A DNA stretch of 64,000 nt. Origin: Haliotis cracherodii (taxonomy: Eukaryota). How positions within the stretch are numbered: the first letter of the stretch is position 1; every line of letters begins with the position of its first letter. The notes beneath the pieces were generated by a model, which worked only from the letters and a program-made list of their open reading frames with translations, had not been told where the DNA came from and ran no database searches. Position numbers and translations under genes: made by a program. Below, one piece after another: positions 50,015 through 61,500 of the stretch. The DNA lies in assembly GCF_022045235.1 (NCBI RefSeq), contig NW_027266264.1, positions 73,098,001 to 73,162,000 of the forward strand, written 5' to 3'.

Positions 50015-51419
50015 CTTGATTAGTTCAAACCTGATGGCGACAACCTACCTGGGCGAATCCACTGCTTTTTAGGGGTGCTCAGGTGTGACTCAGCAGCTAT
50101 GTCGATATATTGCTCATTGCGACTGTGCGGTTGTAAATCTGACTTGGTGAATGTTCTATTATACTTACACATATCGACCTGTGCTTATACTAGAAATAAT
50201 CCTGGTAAACGTTTGTTCGTTAGTCGCCCCTAAACAACCATCAGCTAAACATACAAACACGTGCTATTCCATGATATGCACTTCCACAGCTGCCCATAGA
50301 GCGAAATCGACACGGGAATTTTTTTTCACATTTACTTTGTATTATTTGTAATTAACATACATTGCCTGCATTGGAACGGTGCATATTAACAGTATTTCCA
50401 CTTAAATAACCCCAATTGCGTGGATCGATGCTCATGTTGTCAATCACTGGATTGTCTGGTCCAGACTCGATCATTTACAGACCGCCGTCATATAGCTGTA
50501 ATATTGCTGAGTGCGGCGTTAAACAACAAACAGACAAACGACCTTAAATGACACGCGAACACGCGTACTGCCTCTCATGAGGCTTATTCACAAAAGGATA
50601 TAATCTTTCGAACAGGGCAAATTGAAAATCGGTGATTTTCTTTAAGAGAGTTATATTTTCTCTAAAAGGAGTAGGCGAACACTTTTATTGCTGTTACAAC
50701 ACATTATTGTAGGACATCCTACATCATTTACAACGTTAAGGACTGTCTACTCCTGCTCAATTACTTTAACGCCTTACGAAAAATTTGGCCCATTTTTATT
50801 ATCGCTTCTTAGTCCCCAATGAATGAGTAGAGTTTTACGCCGCTTTTAGCAATATCACGGGCTTCACACATTGTAACCATATTGGAAATCGAACCCAGGC
50901 CTTTCGATTTAACCACTAGGCTACCCTACCTTCCTTGTTAGCTACCAGCTCTACAGAGCATGTCCTAGATATATGGCCTGGGTCTCAGCTTTATGCATAC
51001 AAAATCATTAATCCTGGAAAGCATCGTAAAATATAAGTCTGTATACATCCGCATTCGAACCACAAGTTCCGAAATTTACTTCCAGTTACTAATCCATATA
51101 TAATCCAAACACGTTTACACTCATTTTGTTAACATACGACGAAGGGATAACTGTTTACTTGGAAGAGGCTTGGTGTACAGTATTGCCACCGTTATCAGAT
51201 TGGGTAGAGTATGCACAAGTGGATTTTGAACACCCATTCGAACGCCAACTCAGACGGGATCCCCAACAGGCCAGCCAAAGTTACACGTTCTGCAACTGCT
51301 GTGAGCTTGTCTCGTGATAATCGTTTGTATCAGTATTTACCAAAACACGTGCTCCAATTGGGTTTTTTAAATGAGTACATTTTTTACCTGGTTATCTTTG
51401 TCAGTGATATACGTTTCTT

Positions 51420-51625
51420 GCTTAACGCCATAATGACCAATATTTCAGCTGAACCAGACACTCCAGTGATTGAGATCATGAGCATCGATCCACGCAATTG
51501 GGATTGATGGCATGCTTCAACAAATTCAGCGAGTCTGACCACCCGATCCAGTTTGTCGCCTTTTCAACGCAAAGTATTTCGCATGGGTTGCTGAAGAGCT
51601 ATTCTACCACGGATCTTCACGGGTC
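51420..51625 (-). mobile_element. SINE-like family S2, diverged copy
   Basis: Ends at GATCTTCACGGGTC. Confidence 0.75.
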
Positions 51626-52631
51626 CTATCATGACGTCGACTCAAAAACTATCTGTACATCAAGGGAGCAACCACTGCATGCATTAGATACAAGCAAGGT
51701 AGAGAATTATACAATCAATACTAAAAGAAAATTATGATTGTGATCTTATATTTTTCCAAGACTAAAACAAAGAGAGTATCACGAGTCACAAACAGCCTGG
51801 CTTCCTTAACTGTTGCGGTAAGTTGGTTTGTAACACTTTATGAAGAGCAGCTCTCTGTTGATGCTCACGTAATGCCATAAATACATTTCTGTATACACTG
51901 ATGCAAAGGTTCTTCATTGTAAATAGCGTTTCGCGTCAGGTAGAAGCTGCTGCCCGAGCGCGCCATCACGTCAGGTCTGTTTCTTCAGTCAGCGGGAACA
52001 CCTGGATGTCACCACGGAATACTCCCGGTGTTTGCAGTGGAAAGTTTACATGCAAACAAGTGAATGGCAAAAGGCGAAGATGTCACAGACAATTATACCA
52101 TGCTTCACAAACTGCTCAGGAACGACGGATAGTGTTAGTTATTCTTTGCACTCTATAATGGTGGAGTGTTACTGATGCCGATTGCCCTCAGACTTCACTG
52201 TGTGTAACTTGTCGCCAGTTTCCAGATCGTGAATCATAACCATGTCTGACTATGGCAACGTTTTAATTGTGAATATAAAGATTTCTATGTTAGGTTGGAA
52301 AAATGAGATTCTATCGCCATATAGGCGGCCTAGGAGCATTAGAAGCGTGTCGCGTTGAACATGTCCACATGTCCACGATCAGTGTACAGTGAGTGAGTTT
52401 GGTTTAACACAACTTTGAACAGTATTTCAGTTACATCACGTATCAGGTTAATATGGGGTGGAAGCCCAGGTGATGCAGCTGTTTGACATAAACCCTTACT
52501 TATAAATAACCAACAAACAGTTACACTGTTATCAACGTCAGCAAAACTATCATAGAAGTAATAATTTAAGCGTTTTACAACAGGTTCTAAAGCAATGTAA
52601 GATGCCCCGCAGACCCACAACTTAGATGAGG

Positions 52632-52908
52632 CCTGTGAGGGGTTAAAATTGGTCTTCAGTAACCCATGCTTGTCTTTAAAGGCAATTATGCTTGTGGTAA
52701 GAGGCGACTATTCTTGCCATAAGAATCGACTATAAGGATGGGATCGGGTGGTCAGGCTCAGTAACTTGGTTGATGCTTGTCATCGTATCCCAATTGCGTG
52801 GATCGATGCTCATGATGTCAATCACTGGATTGTCTGGTCCAGACACAATTATTTAGAGACCACAACCATATAGCTGGAATACTGCCGAGTGCCGCATTGA
52901 ACAAACAA
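52632..52908 (+). mobile_element. SINE-like family S2, diverged copy
   Basis: S2 body and tail. Confidence 0.75.
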
Positions 52909-53784
52909 AATTTAGATCTACCTCCATGCCTATTGTGAACCTCACACACCTTTTAATTGTTATAGTCATTTCTCTCAACAAAATTCAAAAGGGTTTGTCA
53001 TGTTTGATTCCACATTTATGGAAGTAGTGATGGGCATTTTAACCACTGGCATGAAATCAAAGGGTTTGACCCCTTAATTGACATGAGGACACACTTCCTC
53101 AACCACTCAAAATTGGTTCAGACATTTAGGGACTTGCAATAAAAAAGTCTAGTTTATATAGTGGAGAATAGTCTACACTAATCTATGTCCCTTAGACATT
53201 AGAGTTCAGGATATGCATAACTGGGACAGCCTCCTTCTTGTGTTATAATTGTTTATTAATATACTACTCAAAAAAGTTAAAGAACCCCAATTCTTTCATG
53301 TTACAATAGTTAATAGGTCATGCCATGACAGATGAACTATGGTAATATGAAGAACAGTGTTAGTATACATTGTATATAGAACTGAGTTGTAGATCCCCTC
53401 TGCATGTTCAGGCAGCCTGGAAACTATACAAAGAACTGTATTTGCATTGAACTCAGTTGTGACTTCTGATGTTCTGGTCTAACCAGGCTTTTGTGAACGT
53501 CTGCAGCGTAAGCTTGCTAATAAACCACAGGAATCCCCAATTATTCTGTTTCTGTTAAAACTGATTATAATTTTGAAAACAAAGGTCCATCATCCCCCTG
53601 GACATTTCTTGTCTGAAAAGGTTCACAGTTTCCCCCTTGGGAATTTTGGAAGACTACCTCTTGTATGGAGAGTCTGGGTGATCATAAGTCCCCCGCATCT
53701 CTTTCCTCTGAGGGACATTCCAGTACATGCTGGGCACCAGCACTCCTCAATCTGAGGATTCTGAGGGATGTTAAGTGTCCAGTA

Positions 53785-54046
53785 GTTGGTTGGTTGGGTT
53801 AACGCTGCACTCCGCAATATTCCAGCTATATGATGGCAGTCTGTCAATAATCGCGTCTGGACCAGACAATCCAGTGATTAATATCATGAGCATCGATCCA
53901 CGCAAGTGGGATCGATGACATGCATCAACCAAGTCAGCGAGTCTGACCACCCGATCCCATTAGTCGCCTCTTACAACAAGCATTGTGGCCTTTTACACCA
54001 AGCATGGGTTGCTGAAGACCTATTCTACCCAGGATCTTCAGGGGTC
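53785..54046 (-). mobile_element. SINE-like family S2 inserted into the terminal unit of the 50/51-bp minisatellite
   Basis: Repeat-unit sequence on both sides. Confidence 0.85.
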
Positions 54047-55281
54047 TAAGTCCCCAGCACATCTTGCTGGTCTCCCTGTAGGGATTCTGAGGGATATTAA
54101 GTGCCCAGTACATCTTGCTGGTCTCCCTGTGGGGATTCTGAGGGATGGTAAGTGCCCAGTACATCTTGCTGGTCTCCCTGTGGGGATTCTGAGGGATGGT
54201 AAGTGCCCAGTACATCTTGCTGGTCTCCCTGTGGGGATTCTGAGGGATATTAAGTGCCCAGTACATCTTGCTGGTCTCCCTGTGGGGATTCTGAGGGATG
54301 GTAAGTGCTCAGTACATCTTGCTGGTCTCCCTGTGGGGATTCTGAGGGATGGTAAGTGCCCAGTACATCTTGCTGGTCTCCCTGTGGGGATTCTGAGGGA
54401 TGGTAAGTGCCCAGTACATCTTGCTGGTCTCCCTGTGGGGATTCTGAGGGATGGTAAGTGCCCAGTACATCTTGCTGGTCTCCCTGTGGGGATTCTGAGG
54501 GATGTAAGTCCCCAGTACATCTTGCTGGTCTCCCTGTGGGGATTCTGAGGGATGGTAAGTGCCCAGTACATCTTGCTGGTCTCCCTGTGGGGATTCTGAG
54601 GGATATTAAGTGCCCAGTACATCTTGCTGGTCTCCCTGTGGGGATTCTGAGGGATGGTAAGTGCCCAGTACATCTTGCTGGTCTCCCTGTGGGGATTCTG
54701 AGGGATGTAAGTCCCCAGTACATCTTGCTGGTCTCCCTGTGGGGATTCTGAGGGATGTAAGTCCCCAGTACATCTTGCTGGTCTCCCTGTGGGGATTCTG
54801 AGGGATGTAAGTCCCCAGTACATCTTGCTAGTCTCCCTGTGGGGATTCTGAGGGATGTAAGTCCCCAGTACATCTTGCTGGTCTCCCTGTGGGGATTCTG
54901 AGGGATGTAAGTCCCCAGTACATCTTGCTGGTCTCCCTGTGGGGATTCTGAGAGATGTAAGTGCCCAGTACATCTTGCTGGTCTCCCTGTGGGGATTCTG
55001 AGGGATGTAAGTCCCCAGTACATCTTGCTGGTCTCCCTGTGGGGATTCTGAGGGATGTAAGTCCCCAGTACATCTTGCTGGTCTCCCTGTGGGGATTCTG
55101 AGGGATGTAAGTCCCCAGTACATCTTGCTGGTCTCCCTGTGGGGATTCTGAGGGATGTAAGTCCCCAGTACATCTTGCTGGTCTCCCTGTGGGGATTCTG
55201 AGGGATGTAAGTGCCCAGTACATCTTGCTGGTCTCCTGTTGGGGATTCTGGGGGATGTCAAGTGCCCAGTACATCTTGCTC
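54047..55281. repeat. Minisatellite, 50/51-bp unit CCCAGTACATCTTGCTGGTCTCCCTGTGGGGATTCTGAGGGAT(G)GTAAGT(G/C)
   Basis: About 24 units; the 443/307/187-aa ORFs are artefacts. Confidence 0.97.
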
Positions 55282-56287
55282 CGTGGCCGACTAGATGAGG
55301 ACTGGAGGTGAATGTGTCACTAGGCTCATTCTGTTCGAACTTACCAAGACCACGGGGGTTGTTGTTCATGCTATCATCCTTTAGTGTGCCTGACAGGCCA
55401 GGCTAGTGTCTCATTCACTCACTCACTCTCTCTCGATCATCATTCAGTTAGTTATGGAAACTGAAGACAAAACAACTAGCATGCATATTTGTAGCAATCT
55501 GCCTTGACTTGTGATGCCTTTTGATTTAAACAATTGTCATGTTGTACAAGCTTCTCATCAATTAGTAAAGGGTACACTATCTCAAGAAGCCATAAGCAAT
55601 TTAAGGTTTATATGTATGTGAAAGAAGCATCCACATATACTTATCATCATATTATCAAACAATCGGACTCAAATCATTCAGCATGGGACTCCTCGCATGC
55701 TTAATTGGCATGCTTGGGGGTCATCATATTACACATGCCAAAAGCATTAAAACTTGGTTGCAAATTACTTGAAATTTGGAAATATTCTTTAGGTATGACA
55801 CTCAATCACAGTCCTAAGACCAATCCTACGGCCAACCTAACTCCCTTTTGTGGTGATTGAGTATAGTTTTATGCCGCTTTAGCAATATTCCAGCAATACC
55901 ACAGCGGGAACACAAGAAATGGCTTCACACGTTGTACCTATGTGGGGAACGACCCTGCATAACCACAATGCTTACCCCACCGAACCACATTTAGCCTACT
56001 GTTAGATGCATGTGTTGTCAAATAGTAACAAGACAATGTCCGAAAGTAAAGGGAGCGCCGCGACATGGTATTCACTTCATGCTACTCATCGATCTGTCAA
56101 ATGGTTTCATCAACGTGAAAATATCTCATGACATTTTTTAAATAGTTTCAAAACACAAGTAAACTTATATACACGGGTGCTAAATTCCCTACTTCCGGTT
56201 CGCCATGTTATTTTTACCTGTGCCTCTCACCTGACATAAACAAACACCTGTAATTACCCCCAGCGTTAGGTAGATAGATATACTTAC

Positions 56288-56585
56288 GTGGGTTCAACCA
56301 GGACCACACTGGGCGATATTCAAACGAGAATATCCACCAGCAACCGTTGTACTTCTTGCCGAGATAGTCCTTGTAATAGCTCCACTGCTTGAAACATACT
56401 TCCCACAGTCCCATCTTCACAAACTGGCGTTCGGTGTACTTGTTAAAATGCTCGATCCAGTTTGGGCTGGAGAAGCCGATCATGAAACAGACAAATGTGA
56501 TGACTGTGAATATCAGCCCGAACAACGACACCAGGGATTTAACCCTGTGTGTCGCTGATTTCTTCGCCTTGTCTTCGTCCGCCAT
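56288..56585 (-). CDS. Claudin-like first coding exon (TM1 + ECL1); probable distal alternative exon 1a of gene C2
   Basis: CAAAATGGCG start; MADEDKAKK...SPNWIEH...MGLWEVCF...KDYLGKKYNGCWWIFSFEYRPVWSWLNP; phase-1 GTAAGT donor at 56287 joins in frame to exon 46852-46700. Confidence 0.85.
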
Positions 56586-56837
56586 TTTGGTTGACGCTTG
56601 GTAGGAATTTCAAAGCGGTGACACTAATCAAGGTGAGGGGAAGAGTCGATTGCCCGCAATAGGGGTGTCAAGGTAAAGGTGTTTCAAGTTTACTGTTCAG
56701 ATCAACAGCGACGGGACAGTTCATGTGTGGTAGGCAAGCGGGTTATCACCTGTTGAATATGAAAATATGAGACCATTTTAACTTTCATGGGTTTTTTTAT
56801 TACTAAATAATATAAGTGTACTTTTTAAGTATCCCGA

Positions 56838-58058
56838 ATGTATATGGGTCCAGTGTTTCAGTAATATCTCTGTATATATGGGTCCAGTGTTTCAGTAATA
56901 TCTCTATGGGTCCAGTGTTTCAGTAATATCTCTATGGGTCCAGTGTTTCAGGAATATCTCTGTATATATGGGTCCAGTGTTTCAGTAATATCTCTATGGG
57001 TCCAGTGTTTCAGTAATATCTCTATGGGTCCAGTGTTTCAGTAATATCTCAATGTGTATAGGTCCAGTGTTTCAGTAATGTATCTATGGGTCCAGTGTTT
57101 CAGGAATATCTCAATGTATATAGGTCCAGTGTTTCAGTAATATCTCAATGTATATAGGTCCAGTGTTTCAGGAATATCTCAATGTATATAGGTCCAGTGT
57201 TTCAGGAATATCTCAATGTATATAGGTCCAGTGTTTCAGTAATATCTCTGTGTATATGGGTCCAGTGTTTCAGTAATATCTCAATGTATGTAGGTCCAGT
57301 GTGTCAGTAATATCTCAATGTATATGGATCCAATGTTTCAGTAATATCTCTATGCGCCAAGTGTGTCAGTAATATCTCAGTGTATAGGGGTCCAGTGTGT
57401 CAGTGATATCTCTATGGGTCCAGTGTGTCAGTAATATCTCTGTGTATAGGGGTCCAGTGTTGGGTCCAGTGCGTCAGTAATATCTCAACGTATATGGATC
57501 TAGTGTATCAGTAATATCTAAACATATATGGATCTAGTTTTTCAGTAATATCTCAATGTATATGGGTCCAGTGTGTCAGTAATATCTCTATGGGTCCAGT
57601 GTTTCAGTAACATCTCTATGTATATGGATCCAATGTTTCAGTAATATCTCAACGTATATGGATCTAGTGTATCAGTAATATCTCAACATATATCTAGTGT
57701 TTCAGTAATATCTCATTGTATATGGGTTCAGTGTGTCAGTGATATCTCTATGGGTCCAATGTTTCAGTTATATCTCGATTGGTCCAGTGTGTGTCAGTGA
57801 TATCTCTGTGGGTCCAGTGTGTCAGTAATATCTCTATGTATATGGATCCAATGTTTCAGTGATATCTCTATGGGTCCAGTGTTTCAGTAATATCTCATTG
57901 TATATGGGTCCAGTGTGTCAGTGATATCTCTATGGGTCCAGTGTGTCAGTAATATCCTTCATTGTATATGGGTCCAGTGTGTCAGTGATATCTCTATGGG
58001 TCCAGTGTATCAGTGATATCTCTGTGTATATGGGTCCAGTGTTTCAGTAATATCTATA
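56838..58058. repeat. Minisatellite, 28-34-bp unit GGGTCCAGTGTTTCAGTAATATCTC(TAT/AATGTATAT), between divergent claudin starts
   Basis: Directly visible. Confidence 0.95.
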
Positions 58059-58506
58059 TCGTGCTGCATGGACCTGTGATTAATTACATTGAGAGACGAT
58101 GACATAATCAAGTCGTCAACTGTAGTATATATGGAACCAAATAATATTATTATTGCAGATGTGGATCGGACAAAGCCTGTTTATGGCCGACATGCGACAA
58201 CGCAACGCGCGGTTGTAAAGATTGTAAATGCTACATATGGACTGAATGAGGTCATCCGCGATTAGCAATGCAAATGGAATGTGTCCTAAAGACAACTATT
58301 AAAAACGGCAACCATTACAACATTTTTACCACCATATGAAATATTACACGAAAACATAATTCACAGTTGAATACACTCCACTGCGACAATCAAGTTTGTA
58401 TCTATTTTACCAGTTCACGAGGATAAGACCTGTCATACAGATTAGAATGTGACACCCCCGCGCACCTGTCGCAGTAGACTCGTCCAGGTGAGACACACTC
58501 GCCAAG

Positions 58507-61500
58507 ATGGCGACTCAAACGCTTTTCAAAGTTGGCTTCTTCTGTGCTATTACAGCCTTCCTGTTGATGTTTCTGGCCTTTGCTACACCATATTGGTACA
58601 AATCATGGACCCGTGTTCACAGTCCGTTCTCCAACATCGGGTTATGGCACGTTTGTCTTGCAGGGTACATCCAGCCCAAGGACCCCAACATGAAGTCCTA
58701 TGTCGGCTGTTGGTGGATCCACTCCTCCGAGTTCAGCCAAGTCGCTAATCAAATTCAACCATGTAAGTATTCTTACAGTTATAACGACATATATGTTTAT
58801 TCGTGTAACACTAATCGGCGATCTTCATGATTACACCTGTAATCAACAGATAAAGGCATTTTCACAATGTTTACCTGTGCAGGTAACTTCCGGTTTTGAA
58901 GTTAGTGACACTGATTATCATGATTATAGTATGTCCGTGAAATACAGCGGGCCCAATGTTGATAATTAAACATCTAAGATATATTGGGGTAGTACTTGTA
59001 CGGCATGCCGTAATTAATATAAATTAGCATGAAAAGCCTGCCAGTCAAAGGGATACTTTTAGGCGATCATGCTGTAGGCTCATGTTATCAACCACTGCTT
59101 GGTTTGTCTAGACAGAACATGTTTTTTATAGCCTACTGGTGATCATGGTGATAGCTTCAATCTTGATTACTGGCATAAACCAACATAAACCAACACACAC
59201 TCACTCAATAACTATAACCTCAATCGACCGTTTCTGTTTAGTTTGTTGTTTAACGCCGCAGTCACCAATATTCCAGCTATATGATGGCGGTCTGTATATA
59301 ATCGAACTTGGGCAAGACAATCCTGTGATTGACATCACGAGCATTGATCAACGCAATTGGGATAAGATGACATTCACCCGATCCCATTAGTTGCCTCTTT
59401 CGGCAAGCATAATCGCCCTTTAAGGCAAGCATGAGTTGCTGAAGACTTATTCCACCCCAGATCTTCACGGGTTTGACCGCCTCCATGGTCTAGTGGTAGA
59501 GTGTCCACCCAGTGAGCAGAATGTCCTGGATTTGATCATACCAAAAGACGTTAAAATCTGGTACTCGTTGTTACCCTGCCTGGCGCACAGCCTTAAGGGG
59601 CAAAAAAAAGGACTGGTCAGTTTTGAGTCAGTGTACTGAGTGGGGTATTCATGTTAAACTGTGGCAAGGTATTTCAGTGGGCTAGGAATAAAAAATTGGC
59701 ATTAGTCAGAACTAACACAAGCAGCCACACAAACACACATATAAGTTCAATACGCAACGCAACATTAAACCCCATTTTACCTCACCTATGTCATGTATGT
59801 CAATCTCTGGATTGTCTGGTCCAGACTCAATTATTTATAGACCACCGTCATATAGCTGGAATATTGCTGAGTGCGGCATTAAACAACAAACATACAAATA
59901 TAACCTTTCTCTTCATAACGGACTGGTAATTCAACTTACATACAGGGGGTGGTGGGGTAGCCCTGTAGTCAAAGCGTTAGCTGGTCACACCGAAGACTCG
60001 GATTTGATTCCCTAAATGGGTAGAATCCCAATTCGGGTGTTCCCCACCATGATATTGCTGTAATATTGCTAAACGAGACGTAAACCTTTTGACCTATACT
60101 CACTCACTCACTCACTCACTCACTCGCTCACCCTCCATGAGCAGTCCCTAAGTAAAAGAAAAGTTTTGTTTTATTAAAATGGATTTGTTCCTGTAGCATA
60201 TTCACACATGTGTAGTTTACAAAGTTGGGACGCTGAACACAACTGGTACTGCATACAGGAATTTGGTGTACTTTTAACAAAGAAGTCTTATGATGGCTTT
60301 CTTCTCCTACCTTGCAGCATGGTTTCGTGGAATCCAAGCTCTGTCCATCTTCACACTGGTAGCAGACCTGGTGGGAGGCCTCCTGCTGTTGTTTTACCTG
60401 CCGGACATCATGTACAAGAAGTTGTACGCCGGACGCAGAGTGAGCATCCTCTTTGCTGGAAGCATCATGGAGTTAATTGCAGGTATACACCACTCTTACT
60501 AACTACCTGTGTTTTCGTATCAGGTCTTTGAAAGGCATTTAGAAGTGATTCACAAAAGGAAGAGAATATATGGATGTCAACTTCTTTATTATGAGGAACA
60601 CAACTTTTCGGAGTATATGCTTACTCCTTTATCATAAAGCCCCCGTTACACTATAAAGAACTTTCATAATAAAGAAGTTGACATCCATATATTCTCTTCC
60701 CTTACTGTGTTTTGTCTAAACAAGGCTCAATAGTCTATAAGCATTTCATTTGCTATGGGTGGCACTGGTGGCCCAATCATCTAAGGTGCTACAATTTGCT
60801 GTGCTGAGTTGTGTCCCTTAGGATTCAAGTAACCTAAGATTATGGGTCCAATCCCAGATTTACCTTAGTAATGATTCTTGGTTTCCAGTTCTATATCAAC
60901 CTAAACGTCTAAGGCTTACTTCACTTTGAGCTTTCGTTCCCCATCAAGCAGATGTCCATGATGGGGAAAGAAAGCTCAAAGTGATGTAAGCCTTGCAGAT
61001 GTCCTTGAGACCTGTGAAGATCCGGGGTAGAATAGGTCTTCAGCAACCCATGCTTGCAATAAAAAGCGACTATGCTTGTTGTAAGAGGCAAGGATTGGGT
61101 AGAATAGGTCTTCAGCAACCCATGCTTGCAATAAAAAGCGACTATGCTTGTTGTAAGAGGCAAGGATTGGGTGGTCAGGTTCGCTGACTTGGTTGATGCA
61201 TGTCATCGTATCCGAATTGTGTGGGCTGATGCTCATTATGTCAATCACTGGATTGTCTGGTCCAGGCTCTGTTATTTACAGACTGCCGTCATGTAGCTGG
61301 AATAATGGTGAGTGCAGTGTTAAACAGCAAACAAAATAAACCAAAAGATGTCCATGATATACTGGTAACTGAAATACTGTTCACAGCAGTGTTAAACATC
61401 TCACTCAGTATGAAAGGTTTCCTCCCTTTGCTGTGTCGCAATCCGCCGATTGCCATCAAACATCAGCATGTAATTAGAACTTTAAAGTCTGATGACAATT

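Noticed and set aside
51126-52160. Missing exons 2-3 for the 56585 claudin exon
   Set aside because: The minus-strand frames I read here give no W...Q TM2 or W.P.P....LSWS motif and are interrupted by stops
54038-55369. 443-aa ORF, and GTAAGT donors in the 50/51-bp repeat as another splice-junction array
   Set aside because: The ORF is a repeat artefact; GTAAGT is antisense to the host claudin transcript and no source exon was identified
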